A stretch of 64,000 nt of DNA from Fidelibacterota bacterium (GCA_043822705.1 JBDRBK010000060.1:26529-90528); one strand, 5' to 3'; positions 28,841 to 39,143 are shown, counted from the stretch's first letter. Notes: generated by a model not told the origin, from the sequence alone. A program made the numbers and translations.

Positions 28841-30448
28841 ATGCCAAAGATTTATTCGCGGATTTTTCTGCTCCTGTTGTTGACCTTTGCGGCCGGTTTC
28901 GCCCAGGAAGAACGCTCGGTGCAGGGCGCCCTGGGGGCGGTTACGATCGATGGTAAAATCTGGAATCAGATCGCCATCCGGCCGGTACTGCCGATCTGGA
29001 AATTCGGTCTGGCCCTGGACTTGGTCTTTTACGTCGATGAGAATGGCAATATCCATAAGGATGAATGGGATTTTTCCGATGGCACCGCCATTAAAAACAC
29101 CCTGATCGATAAGATTTATTACCTGCGTTTCGGACAGAAATCGGACCCGCTGTATTTCAAGATCGGCGCCCTCGATTATGTCGACCTGGGCTACGGCATC
29201 CTGGTCAACGGCTATACCAATACCTGCGAATATCCCAATGTCCGCAAGGTCGGGCTGGATCTGGCACTGAAAACCAAACGGTTTACGGCCCAGGGTTTCG
29301 TCAGCGATTTCAAGGAAAACATCGGCCTGTTCGGTATGCGGGTCACCAGCCCGCTGGTGGGCGGCCTGCCGGTGGGCGTTTCGCTGGTCGTGGACCGTAA
29401 CCAGTACCTGGCCCTCCATGACCGGGACGGCGACGGCGTGCCGGATGAAGTGGACGATTTTCCCGACCGGAAAAAATGGCAGATCGACAGCGATTACGAT
29501 GGTCTGGCCGACAATCACCCTGACGAATTCGATCGTGACGGTGACGGCCGGCCCGATGTAGATAATATTGCGGCAATCCACGATTTCTGGGACGAATTGG
29601 GCAACGACGTTGGATTCGATTTCAGTAACGAAGCCTACTATGATTCGCTGCCGGATAAAAACGCCACCCTGCGTGAGCCGCTGATCAATCTTAACGACGA
29701 CGCCAATCCGATCGGCGCTTTTGCCCTCGATATCGGCTACCCGATTCTGACCGAAGGTGCGTTCAAATTGTCAATTTACGCCCAACTGGCCAAGATGCTC
29801 GGCCAGACCGTCGATCCGGCCAGTGGAATGGAAGTGGACCTGGGACTGGGGCTGATCCCGCTCGGTATATCCGCCGGTTTCGGACCGGCGCGCCTGAACT
29901 TGGAGTACCGGATGATTCCTAACGACGGCCGTTTCGATTTCAGTTACTGGAACCGCTCCTACGACCTGGAGCGGGCCGTATTCGCCACGGCGGCCGGCCA
30001 ACTGGTCGTCCGCACCAAGGAACAGTCCCTGGGACGGTTCGGATCGCAAAACGGCCTGTTCGGCCAGGTACGGATCGACGTCAGCCATCTGCTGGCCGTC
30101 TCGGCCCAGTATCAGAATCTGGACGGCACGATGTGGCACGAGGCCGATCAGGCTTTCGTTACCGAGAACAACCAGAGTCTGCTGGGTCAGATCCAGTTGC
30201 AGAAATCGATCAGCAAGCTTAAAGTCGCCCAGTTGTTTTACGAGCAACGTAATACACCCAATCCCTTCAAATTTGAGTTGACCGAAAGCACGATCATGGG
30301 TTACCGGCTGGGACTGGAAATGGGCGGTGGTATCGTCCTGAATTACATCTTCCAGCGCACTTTCCGTGATATCAACGGCGACGGCCGGATCAAGGGGGAG
30401 CGGGAGACGATTAACATAACCTCGATTGAAACATCTTTCGCTTTTTAG
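28841..30448 (+). CDS. Probable outer-membrane beta-barrel protein with an Asp-rich Ca-binding (TSP3-like) insert
   Basis: Signal peptide. DRDGDGVPDEVDDFP, DSDYDGLAD and DRDGDGRPD repeats. C-terminal FAF. Confidence 0.7.
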   Translation: MPKIYSRIFLLLLLTFAAGFAQEERSVQGALGAVTIDGKIWNQIAIRPVLPIWKFGLALDLVFYVDENGNIHKDEWDFSDGTAIKNTLIDKIYYLRFGQKSDPLYFKIGALDYVDLGYGILVNGYTNTCEYPNVRKVGLDLALKTKRFTAQGFVSDFKENIGLFGMRVTSPLVGGLPVGVSLVVDRNQYLALHDRDGDGVPDEVDDFPDRKKWQIDSDYDGLADNHPDEFDRDGDGRPDVDNIAAIHDFWDELGNDVGFDFSNEAYYDSLPDKNATLREPLINLNDDANPIGAFALDIGYPILTEGAFKLSIYAQLAKMLGQTVDPASGMEVDLGLGLIPLGISAGFGPARLNLEYRMIPNDGRFDFSYWNRSYDLERAVFATAAGQLVVRTKEQSLGRFGSQNGLFGQVRIDVSHLLAVSAQYQNLDGTMWHEADQAFVTENNQSLLGQIQLQKSISKLKVAQLFYEQRNTPNPFKFELTESTIMGYRLGLEMGGGIVLNYIFQRTFRDINGDGRIKGERETINITSIETSFAF

Positions 30449-30461
30449 AATTAGAACCCAG

Positions 30462-33089
30462 ATGAATTCCAAGACAATCCGCCAGCAGTTTATCAGTTTT
30501 TTCAGTGAGCGGGGACACCGCTTCGTCCGCAGCGCCCCGGTGGTGCCGATCGACGACCCGACCCTGCTGTTCACCAACGCCGGGATGAACCAGTTCAAGC
30601 CGATTTTTCTCGGGCAGGAATCCCGCGCTTACGTCCGGGCGGTTAACAGCCAGAAATGTATCCGCGTCAGCGGCAAGCACAACGACCTGGAAGAGGTGGG
30701 GGTCGATACCTTCCACCACACTTTTTTCGAGATGCTGGGCAACTGGTCCTTCGGCGATTACTACAAGGCCGAGGCGATCCGCTGGGCCTGGGAATTGTTC
30801 ACCGAAGTCTGGAAGCTGGATAAAAACCGTCTGTGGGTCACGGTATTCGAGACCGACGATGAGGCATTCGAACTGTGGGCCAGTGTTACGGACATCGCCC
30901 CGGACCGGATTCTGCGCTGCGGCGCCAAGGATAATTTCTGGGAGATGGGCGAAACCGGTCCCTGCGGACCCTGTTCCGAAATCCATTATTACATCGGCAA
31001 TGATCCCGCCGGTCAGATCGCCGGGGGCGTAAATAACAGCGACGAATACTGGGAGCTGTGGAACCTGGTGTTCATCCAGAACGAACGCCTGGCGGACGGC
31101 AGCCTGATCGACTTGCCGGCCAAGCACGTGGACACCGGCGCCGGTCTGGAACGGATCGTAGCGGCGTTGCAGGGCAAATCCAGCAATTATGAAACCGACC
31201 TGTTCCGGCCGATAATCGATCGGACCGCCGCATTAGCGGGTGTTAAATATGCCGATAATCCGATTCCGTTCAGAGTAATTTCCGACCATGTCCGGATGCT
31301 GAGTTTCTCGATCGCCGACGGCGCCATGCCATCCAATGATGGGCGGGGCTATGTATTGCGCCGGATTTTACGCCGGGCCTCGCGCTTCGGCCGGATGTTG
31401 AATTTGCACGAACCATTCCTGTATCAGCTGGTCGACACGGTCGGTGAAATCATGGGTGAGGATTTCCCGGAAGTGCTGGAGAAGGCCCGGCACATTAAGA
31501 ATGTGATCAAGGCTGAAGAAACCTCCTTCAACGAAACGCTGGATCGCGGCCTGAATAATTTTGAGAAAGTGGTGCGGAGTTTGTCCGGCACAGAAATTTC
31601 CGGTGCCGATGCCTTCCGACTTTACGATACTTTTGGTTTTCCGCTGGACCTGACCCAGTTAATGGCCCGGGAACGGAATCTGACTGTCGATGAAGCGGGC
31701 TTTGAAAAAGAAATGAAACAGCAGAAATCCCGCGCTAAGGCGGCTGGCCGGTTTCGAATAGTTGATAAAAAAATAAATTGGATTACCATAAGTGAAGGTA
31801 AAGACTCTGAGTTTGTCGGATACGAGACTACCTATGCAATGGTGCAAATCAGGAGTTGGGCAAAAGAAGATGATCATTATTTGATAATTTTAGATCGTAC
31901 ACCGTTCTATGCTGAATCAGGTGGGCAAATTGGAGATACTGGAAATTTAATCAGCAATGGTAAATATCTAACTATATATGATGTTTGGAAAGAAGGAGAA
32001 TCATTTATTCATCAGGCTATTCCTAATACTGATGATGCAAAAATCGATGATTTCCTTGGTAGAATCACGGCAGTTGTAGACAAAGAACGGCGTGACGACA
32101 TCCGCCGCAACCATACCGCCACGCACCTGCTGCATGCCGCCCTGAAACAGGTTTTGGGCGAGCACGTTCATCAGGCCGGATCGCTGGTGGCGCCCGATCA
32201 TTTCAGGTTTGACCTGACCCATTTTGAAAAAATTACCACCGAACAGCTGGCCGGGGTGGAACGGATCGTCAACCGCGAAATCCGCCGGAACACTGTTTTG
32301 AATATCGCTCACCGTTCCTACGATGATGCCCGCGCCGCCGGTGCCGAGGCACTTTTCGGTGAGAAATACGGCGATGAAGTGCGGGTAATTACGATCGGGG
32401 ATTTTTCGATGGAGTTATGCGGCGGCACCCACGTGGAGCGGACCGGCGATATCGGCTTTTTCAAGATTACCGAGGAATCGGCCCTGGCGGCGGGCGTCCG
32501 CCGGATCGTGGCCCTGACCGGCGCCGGCGCCGTAGAGCGGGTGCAGGCGCTGACGGATACGATCAGTAAAATTCAAGCACGCTTCAATAGTCCGCCGGGC
32601 GAATTGCCCGAACGGATCGACCAGTTACTCGATGTCCGCAAGGAACTGGAACGGGAGCTGAAACGGTTGAAACGGGACGATCAACGCGCCAGCACCGGCG
32701 ATCTGACCGAGCAGGGAACCGCGGTCGGTGAGCACCTGCTGGTGGTTACCAGAGTCGCTGCCGCCGATGATGAAGATTTGAAGGCCCGAGGCGACAGCCT
32801 GCTGGAAAAACTGAAATCAGGCATCGGTCTGCTGGGGGCCGTGATCGACGACAAACCGGTGGTAGTGGTGGTGGTCACCGCGGACCTGATCAAGGCCGGA
32901 ATCAAGGCCGGCGACCTGGCCCGGGTAATCGGAAAAAGCATGGGTGCCGGCGGCGGCGGTAAACCGCACCTGGCAACAGCCGGGGGCAAAGACGTGGCCC
33001 GACTGGATGACGCTCTGGCCCAGGCCAAGGCCGATTTGCTGAACCGACTGGCGGCGCTGAACAAACCGGGCGACGAAATAATACTCTAA
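30462..33089 (+). CDS. alaS: Alanine--tRNA ligase
   Basis: TLLFTNAGMNQFK, HHTFFEMLGNWSFGDY, NHTATHLLH, ELCGGTH and GGGG motifs. Confidence 0.98.
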   Translation: MNSKTIRQQFISFFSERGHRFVRSAPVVPIDDPTLLFTNAGMNQFKPIFLGQESRAYVRAVNSQKCIRVSGKHNDLEEVGVDTFHHTFFEMLGNWSFGDYYKAEAIRWAWELFTEVWKLDKNRLWVTVFETDDEAFELWASVTDIAPDRILRCGAKDNFWEMGETGPCGPCSEIHYYIGNDPAGQIAGGVNNSDEYWELWNLVFIQNERLADGSLIDLPAKHVDTGAGLERIVAALQGKSSNYETDLFRPIIDRTAALAGVKYADNPIPFRVISDHVRMLSFSIADGAMPSNDGRGYVLRRILRRASRFGRMLNLHEPFLYQLVDTVGEIMGEDFPEVLEKARHIKNVIKAEETSFNETLDRGLNNFEKVVRSLSGTEISGADAFRLYDTFGFPLDLTQLMARERNLTVDEAGFEKEMKQQKSRAKAAGRFRIVDKKINWITISEGKDSEFVGYETTYAMVQIRSWAKEDDHYLIILDRTPFYAESGGQIGDTGNLISNGKYLTIYDVWKEGESFIHQAIPNTDDAKIDDFLGRITAVVDKERRDDIRRNHTATHLLHAALKQVLGEHVHQAGSLVAPDHFRFDLTHFEKITTEQLAGVERIVNREIRRNTVLNIAHRSYDDARAAGAEALFGEKYGDEVRVITIGDFSMELCGGTHVERTGDIGFFKITEESALAAGVRRIVALTGAGAVERVQALTDTISKIQARFNSPPGELPERIDQLLDVRKELERELKRLKRDDQRASTGDLTEQGTAVGEHLLVVTRVAAADDEDLKARGDSLLEKLKSGIGLLGAVIDDKPVVVVVVTADLIKAGIKAGDLARVIGKSMGAGGGGKPHLATAGGKDVARLDDALAQAKADLLNRLAALNKPGDEIIL

Positions 33090-34549
33090 TGGAACACATC
33101 CCAATGGAAAAAATATTGATTATTGACAAGAGCGCGTCGGGCAGAGTGGGGATCAACCTGCCGCCGGTCGATGTGCCCGAGACCGATCCGACCACGATCT
33201 TCGCCGATCGCTATTTCCGCCGGAGCGAACCGCGTCTGCCGGAAGTCAGCGAACCGGAAGTGGCCCGCCATTATATCGGTTTATCGACCAAGAACCACCA
33301 CGTGGACAAGGATTTCTATCCGCTGGGTTCGTGTACGATGAAGTACAATCCCAAGATCAACGATGCGGTGGCGGCGCTGCCGGGTTTTGCCGGCATTCAC
33401 CCGGCCCAGCCCGAGGAAACCGTCCAGGGTGCCCTGCAACTGCTGTGGGAACTGGAGCAGCAGTTGAAAGCCGTCACCGGCATGAGCCGTTTCACGTTGC
33501 AGCCCAGTGCCGGCGCCCAGGGCGAGCTGGTGGGCGTTTTTATTATGAAAAAATATCACGAGAAACGGGGAAATTCCGGCAAGACCCACATCCTGATTCC
33601 CGACAGCGCCCACGGCACCAATCCCGCCAGCGTCGCTATCGGCGGCTTTCAGACCCGTCAGGTCAAGTCCGGACCCGACGGCCTGGTGGATATCGAAGAT
33701 TTGAAAGCCAATCTGGACGATTCGGTGGCCGGGATGATGCTGACCCAGCCCAACACCCTGGGTCTGTTCGAAAGCAATATTTGTGAAATTACCGAATTGA
33801 TCCATTCCGTGGACGGCCTGATGTACATGGACGGTGCCAACCTGAATGCTCTGATCGGCATCGTCCGGCCGCTGGACATGGGCTTCGATATCGTCCACAT
33901 CAACCTGCACAAAACTTTTTCGACGCCGCACGGCGGCGGCGGTCCGGGGGCGGGTCCGATCGGCGTCGTGGAACAACTGGTGCCCTACCTGCCCGTGCCG
34001 CGGGTGGAAAAATCCGGGGCGGATTACCGGTTGAATTATGACGGTCCGGATTCCCTGGGTCGGATTCACGGTTTTTACGGCAACTTCGGCGTGCTGGTGC
34101 GGGCCTACACTTTCATCAAATCGATGGGCGAAAAAGGCCTGCGCGACATGACCCGCAACGCCATCGTCAACGCCAATTATCTGATGCGCTGCCTGAATGG
34201 CAAATACGAGGTGGCCTATCCGGGTCATTGCATGCACGAATTCGTGATCACCGCCCGCGGCCAGAAGGAACGCGGCGGCCGGGCGCTGGATATCGCCAAA
34301 CGGCTTCTGGACCATGGATTTCATGCGCCGACGATCTACTTCCCGATCAGCGTGCCGGAAGCGATGATGATCGAACCGACCGAATCCGAATCGCGGGAAA
34401 CGCTGGACCGCTTCGCCGCCACCATGCTGGCCATCGATGAGGAAATCGACCGCGATCCCAATATTCTGCTGCAGGCACCGACGAAGACACCGGTCCGCCG
34501 CCTGGATGAAACCACCGCCAATCGCAACCCCAACCTGCGCTGGAGCTGA
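33089..34549 (+). CDS. gcvPB: Glycine dehydrogenase (decarboxylating) subunit 2
   Basis: PLGSCTMKYNP, SAHGTNPAS and NLHKTFSTPHGGGGPG motifs. Confidence 0.95.
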   Translation: MEHIPMEKILIIDKSASGRVGINLPPVDVPETDPTTIFADRYFRRSEPRLPEVSEPEVARHYIGLSTKNHHVDKDFYPLGSCTMKYNPKINDAVAALPGFAGIHPAQPEETVQGALQLLWELEQQLKAVTGMSRFTLQPSAGAQGELVGVFIMKKYHEKRGNSGKTHILIPDSAHGTNPASVAIGGFQTRQVKSGPDGLVDIEDLKANLDDSVAGMMLTQPNTLGLFESNICEITELIHSVDGLMYMDGANLNALIGIVRPLDMGFDIVHINLHKTFSTPHGGGGPGAGPIGVVEQLVPYLPVPRVEKSGADYRLNYDGPDSLGRIHGFYGNFGVLVRAYTFIKSMGEKGLRDMTRNAIVNANYLMRCLNGKYEVAYPGHCMHEFVITARGQKERGGRALDIAKRLLDHGFHAPTIYFPISVPEAMMIEPTESESRETLDRFAATMLAIDEEIDRDPNILLQAPTKTPVRRLDETTANRNPNLRWS

Positions 34550-34551
34550 AG

Positions 34552-34971
34552 ATGCAATACCGCAAAGCCGGCGACCGCTATTTCGTCTATATCCGGAAGA
34601 ATGAACCGGTCCTGGAAACATTGACCGAATTTTGCATAGCCCATAATATCGACAACGGCCAGTTATCCGGCATCGGCGCCCTCAAGGATATTGAAATCGG
34701 CGCCTTCGACCCGGACACCAAACAGTACACCCGTAAGCTGTACGCCGGCAACTATGAATTGATCGCCTGCCAGGGCAACATTACTTTACTCGATGGCAAG
34801 CCGTTCATCCATGCCCATGTTTCCCTGGGGGATCACGGCTTCAACCTGGTAGGGGGGCATTTGTTCGCCGGCCAGGTGGCGGTAGTGGGTGAATTCATTA
34901 TCATTCCGCTGGCGGGTGACGCCCACCGTGAATTCGATCCGGAAATCGGTCTGTCGACCTGGCATTTTTGA
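34552..34971 (+). CDS. PPC-domain (DUF296) protein
   Basis: SGIGAL, HAHVSLG and GGHL motifs. Confidence 0.88.
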   Translation: MQYRKAGDRYFVYIRKNEPVLETLTEFCIAHNIDNGQLSGIGALKDIEIGAFDPDTKQYTRKLYAGNYELIACQGNITLLDGKPFIHAHVSLGDHGFNLVGGHLFAGQVAVVGEFIIIPLAGDAHREFDPEIGLSTWHF

Positions 34972-34973
34972 AA

Positions 34974-35007
34974 TAGTAATAAGTGAGAAGTGATTAGTAA
35001 TAAGTGA
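34974..35007. repeat. Short degenerate heptamer tandem repeat
   Basis: TAGTAATAAGTGA occurs twice with a 21-nt period. Confidence 0.5.
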
Positions 35008-35085
35008 AGAGGGTCAAGCGGACTGTTGGATGATCCGGTGGCCGGTGTTAATATTTCCAGCAATTAAGCCTCAAGGGAGGGCAGA

Positions 35086-35475
35086 ATGGACAGAAAAGTA
35101 GTTCATACCGCGTTGGCGCCGGCGGCCATCGGACCTTACAGTCAGGGGATTGTTGCCAACGGATTTATCTTTTCGGCCGGCCAGATACCGCTGGACCCGG
35201 TAACCATGAAGCTGATCGACGGTGATTTCAAGCAGCGCGTGCAGCGTGTTTTGAAAAATCTCAATGCCGTGCTGGCGGCTGCCGGCTCCGATTTGTCGCA
35301 GGTGGTCAAATTCACTGTCTTTCTCACCGACCTTTCTCAGTTTGCCCAGGTGAATGAAGTATTCAACGAATGCTTTGCCGGCCTTGAACCGCCGGCCCGG
35401 TCGGCGGTGCAGGTGGCCGCCCTGCCGCTGGGAACCGATGTTGAAATCGAATGCATAGCTTTAGCGGAGAATTAA
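35086..35475 (+). CDS. ridA: RidA/YjgF family enamine deaminase
   Basis: APAAIGPYSQ, AGQIP, PARSAV and VEIECIA motifs. Confidence 0.92.
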   Translation: MDRKVVHTALAPAAIGPYSQGIVANGFIFSAGQIPLDPVTMKLIDGDFKQRVQRVLKNLNAVLAAAGSDLSQVVKFTVFLTDLSQFAQVNEVFNECFAGLEPPARSAVQVAALPLGTDVEIECIALAEN

Positions 35476-35476
35476 T

Positions 35477-36391
35477 ATGAGCAAGAAAAAACGTTATCTG
35501 CTGATCGTTAATCCCGAAGCCGGCAGCCGCCGGACGATGCAGGCCCTGCCGGATATTGACCGGATCCTGCGGCAAAGAGAAATCGATTTCGAATTCCATT
35601 TTACCGATGAACCGGGCCATGCTACCGAGTTGGTCCGGGACTACAAGAACCGATTTGATGTCGTCGTGTCGGTCGGCGGCGACGGCACCATCAATGAAGT
35701 CATCAACGGCTTGCCGGACCTGGTGATTCCCTTCGGCATGATCCCGATCGGCACCGGCAATGATTTTGCCCGCAGTTGTTCGATCCCCCATGATTCGGTG
35801 GAAAAAGCGATCGATATTCTGCTGCAGCACGATGTAAAAACTATCGATGTGGGCGAGGTTAACGGACGCCGTTTCGTCAACGTTATGGGTCTGGGTTTCG
35901 AAGGCCGTGCCAACGAAGTCGGCCGCGCCGTGGAATTCATCAAGGGCGCCCCGCGCTACCTGGTCGCAATCGGCTACACTTATCTTTCCTACCGGCGCCT
36001 GCCGATCCGGATCAGCTTCAATAATCTGGTCCTTGATGATGATGTCTTCCTGCTGAGCATCGGCAACGGCTGGAATGTCGGCGGCGGACTGCAACTGACA
36101 CCCAAGGCCAAACTGGACGACGGCGTTTTTGACATCTGTTATATCAAGAATATTTCCCGGCCGCGGATTCTGGCCGTGTTCGGCCGGCTGTATGACGGTA
36201 CGATCGACACCGTCACCGAAGTGGACAGCTACCAGACCAGTCACCTGACGATCGAATCCGAAGCCCGGCTGCCGATTCATATCGACGGTGAAAAGCTGGA
36301 ATACGAAGGCAATAAACTCGAGATTAAGGTTATCCCGGCCTGCCAGCCGGTGATTGGGAACTGGTCCGCCGATAAACGCTTTGATGCGTAA
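35477..36391 (+). CDS. Diacylglycerol kinase-family lipid kinase (YegS/DgkB-like)
   Basis: VNP.AG, GGDGTINEV, GTGNDFAR and IDGE motifs. Confidence 0.9.
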   Translation: MSKKKRYLLIVNPEAGSRRTMQALPDIDRILRQREIDFEFHFTDEPGHATELVRDYKNRFDVVVSVGGDGTINEVINGLPDLVIPFGMIPIGTGNDFARSCSIPHDSVEKAIDILLQHDVKTIDVGEVNGRRFVNVMGLGFEGRANEVGRAVEFIKGAPRYLVAIGYTYLSYRRLPIRISFNNLVLDDDVFLLSIGNGWNVGGGLQLTPKAKLDDGVFDICYIKNISRPRILAVFGRLYDGTIDTVTEVDSYQTSHLTIESEARLPIHIDGEKLEYEGNKLEIKVIPACQPVIGNWSADKRFDA

Positions 36392-36806
36392 ATTCTCGCT
36401 GGTTTTACTGATCACCGGATTAATTGCCGTTGCAGCGGCAGCGGATTCAACTTTGGTCAGTTCACCCCGGACGGCGGCCCGCTGGTCGTTTATCTGTCCG
36501 GGTGGCGGTCAGATTTACAATCGCAAGTACATCAAGGCGGGGATTCTTGTCGGCGCGGAAGCAGTAGCGCTTTGGCGATTTGCCGAAAACCGGCAAGCCT
36601 ATGCCGATTACGCCAGCGGCGATTACTCTCTGGTGCGGCACCGCTATCTGGAAAAGCGCAACAAGTACGCCTGGTGGGTCGCGTTCATCTATTTTTACGG
36701 TGTCATCGACGCCGTAGTGGATGCGCACCTGGAACCGTTTGATGCCGTCATGCAGGAGAATTTGGAAATTAACGAAACACCAATCAAACCAGACGAGACA
36801 CCATGA
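36384..36806 (+). CDS. DUF5683-like protein
   Basis: SPRTA.RWS..PGGGQIYNRKY.K and IDAVVDAHL motifs. Confidence 0.75.
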   Translation: MRKFSLVLLITGLIAVAAAADSTLVSSPRTAARWSFICPGGGQIYNRKYIKAGILVGAEAVALWRFAENRQAYADYASGDYSLVRHRYLEKRNKYAWWVAFIYFYGVIDAVVDAHLEPFDAVMQENLEINETPIKPDETP

Positions 36807-38191
36807 TTAATCAGCGGGAACACTGGGGCTCCAGGATCGGCTTCATCCTGGCGGCCACCGGTTCGGCCATCGGCCTGGGCAATATCTGGAAATTTCCATA
36901 CATCGCCGGTGAAAATGGCGGTGCCGCCTTCATTTTTATTTACCTGATCTGCATTGCCATCATCGGGCTGCCGGTCCTGATCGCCGAGATTCTGCTGGGA
37001 CGTACCACCCAGCGCAACCCGGTCGGCGCTTTCAAGGCGCTTTCCAGTTCCCGGGGCTGGATGGCAGTCGGCGGTATGGGTGTGGTCGCCGGATTCGTGA
37101 TCCTGTCATTTTACAGCGTCGTGGCCGGCTGGTCGCTGGGCTACATTATCGAGGCCGGCAGCGGTGTTTTTGCCGGTTTCACCGATGCTACCGTCGCCGG
37201 CGCTCATTTTGCAGGACTGGTCGCCAGTCCCGGCTGGACGGTCGGTTTCCATGTGGTTTTTTTCCTGTTGACGATGGGCGTGGTTTACGCCGGCGTTCAG
37301 AAAGGTATCGAACGCGGCAGCAAAATCATGATGCCGGTCCTGTTTGTAATTCTGCTGGTTCTGGTCATCCGCGGGCTGACCCTGCCGGGCGCCGAAGCCG
37401 GGATGGATTTCCTCTGGAACCCCGACTGGAGCAAGGTCACCGGTTCGGCCGTTCTGATCGCCCTGGGCCACGCTTTTTTCACTCTGAGCCTGGGCATGGG
37501 CGCCATGATGACCTATGGTTCCTACATGTCGGACCAAGATAATATACCCGTGGCGGCGGTTCAGATTGTTTTCCTGGATACGCTGATTGCCCTGTTGGCG
37601 GGGGTTGCCATCTTTACCGCGGTGTTCGCCACCGGACAGGATCCCGCGGCCGGTCCCGGCCTGATCTTCCAGACCCTGCCGGCGGTCTTCGCCCGCATGC
37701 CCGGCGGTACCGGGTTTGCCGTTCTGTTTTTCCTGCTGCTGACGATCGCGGCGCTGACCTCGGCCATTTCGCTGCTGGAAGTGGTGGTGGCCTACTTCGT
37801 CGATGAAAAAGGCTGGCGGCGACACCGGGCGGTACTGGTCTTTGGAATCGTGATTCTGCTGGTGGGCGTTCCTTCCGCACTGAGTTTCAATCTGCTGGCG
37901 GATTGGAAATTGTTCGGCCTGACATTTTTCGATCTGGCCGACTTTCTGGCCTCGAATGTCCTGTTGCCGGCCGGGGGACTGGCGATCGCCGTATTCGTGG
38001 CCTGGATCTGGGGCTTCGATCGCGCCCTGCCCAAGTTGAAAGCGGGGGCGGTGGAACTATTTGAACACTCTCCGGGCCGGGTAAAACTGCTGGCGTTTTT
38101 CCTGAAATTTGTATCGCCGATCCTGATTTTCCTGGTGCTGCTAAATTCAACCGGCCTGCTGCCGAAAATAATTTCTTGGTTCAAAGGTTAA
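36803..38191 (+). CDS. Sodium-dependent transporter (NSS/SNF family)
   Basis: GSAIGLGNIWKFPY, FFTLSLGMG and GPGLIF motifs. Confidence 0.95.
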   Translation: MINQREHWGSRIGFILAATGSAIGLGNIWKFPYIAGENGGAAFIFIYLICIAIIGLPVLIAEILLGRTTQRNPVGAFKALSSSRGWMAVGGMGVVAGFVILSFYSVVAGWSLGYIIEAGSGVFAGFTDATVAGAHFAGLVASPGWTVGFHVVFFLLTMGVVYAGVQKGIERGSKIMMPVLFVILLVLVIRGLTLPGAEAGMDFLWNPDWSKVTGSAVLIALGHAFFTLSLGMGAMMTYGSYMSDQDNIPVAAVQIVFLDTLIALLAGVAIFTAVFATGQDPAAGPGLIFQTLPAVFARMPGGTGFAVLFFLLLTIAALTSAISLLEVVVAYFVDEKGWRRHRAVLVFGIVILLVGVPSALSFNLLADWKLFGLTFFDLADFLASNVLLPAGGLAIAVFVAWIWGFDRALPKLKAGAVELFEHSPGRVKLLAFFLKFVSPILIFLVLLNSTGLLPKIISWFKG

Positions 38192-38207
38192 CTCAAGGAT
38201 AACTGCC

Positions 38208-39143
38208 GTGATAATTTCCCGCTTCATTCCGCTCGAATCGGCCCGCTACAAAAAAGCGCAGAGCTGGTCCCGCGGCCTCGATCGCTTCTTCCTGTTCCGC
38301 TGGGAGATTTTCTTTGTACTCTGGACAATGCTGCTGGCCGGGTTCAGCGCCGCCCTGATGCAGGAAGTTCGCCATCTGTACTGGGAAACAGCCCTCAGCG
38401 GGCGAACGGTCCTGATGTTTTTCGGTTTTACGCTGCTGTTGGCCGGTTTTTTCGGGTTTTGCGGCCTGAAAGCGGCGCCCATCGAAACCGATCGACGGAA
38501 AACCGGGCGGATTGTCTGGATTCTGGCGCTCGTCGGTCTGTTGTTGTTGCTGTTTTCCGAGCCGCTGGTCCTGCTGCCGCTGGCGCTGGTACTGGTCCTG
38601 CTGGGTCCGGCCACCGGCTACCGGCCTTTCAACCTGGAAGACCGCTCGCCCCTGCGGGCCGGCAGCTACCTGCTGGCCGCCTATTTCCTGTTTTTCAGCG
38701 GCTGGATTTACAAGGGCGGCGATTTTATATCCGGTTTAATAGCCGGTCTGCCGTACGTGCTCGGGTTCCTGGCTGTACTGCTGATTTACTGGATACCTCT
38801 GACAATCGGGAATTCCCCTAAAAATTTACGCATGTCATTATTGCTGGCGGGATTGGCACTCGATCTGGCTGCCGCCGCAGTGGGTCTGCTTAACAACGAT
38901 CCGGTGATCAGTACGGCTGCCGCGATTTACGCGCCATTCCTGCTGATCGCGATTGTTTTTCCACCCCACATCCGCCACCTGCAGCGGGCCCGGATTTATC
39001 CGATTTTCATACTGGCGCTGCTGGTGGCGGTGCGTCATCCCTGGTTCCTGCTGCCGCTGATCCTGAACTTCTGGCTGCTGCGCAGTTACAGCTACCTGCG
39101 CTACGGGCATCCGCAACCGACCTTTGGAGTCGATTTTGATTAA
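38208..39143 (+). CDS. Polytopic membrane protein, distant UbiA-prenyltransferase-like
   Basis: About 9 TM helices. LDRFFLFR..F...WT start and Y.PFNL.DR loop reminiscent of the UbiA family, but no Asp-rich motifs. Confidence 0.5.
   Translation: MIISRFIPLESARYKKAQSWSRGLDRFFLFRWEIFFVLWTMLLAGFSAALMQEVRHLYWETALSGRTVLMFFGFTLLLAGFFGFCGLKAAPIETDRRKTGRIVWILALVGLLLLLFSEPLVLLPLALVLVLLGPATGYRPFNLEDRSPLRAGSYLLAAYFLFFSGWIYKGGDFISGLIAGLPYVLGFLAVLLIYWIPLTIGNSPKNLRMSLLLAGLALDLAAAAVGLLNNDPVISTAAAIYAPFLLIAIVFPPHIRHLQRARIYPIFILALLVAVRHPWFLLPLILNFWLLRSYSYLRYGHPQPTFGVDFD

Noticed and set aside
33281..34621. Long antisense ORFs (e.g. 33281..34621, 19637..20623, 35363..36415, 39398..40303, 44984..46096)
   Set aside because: These are shadow frames of GC-rich genes with strong family motifs on the opposite strand.
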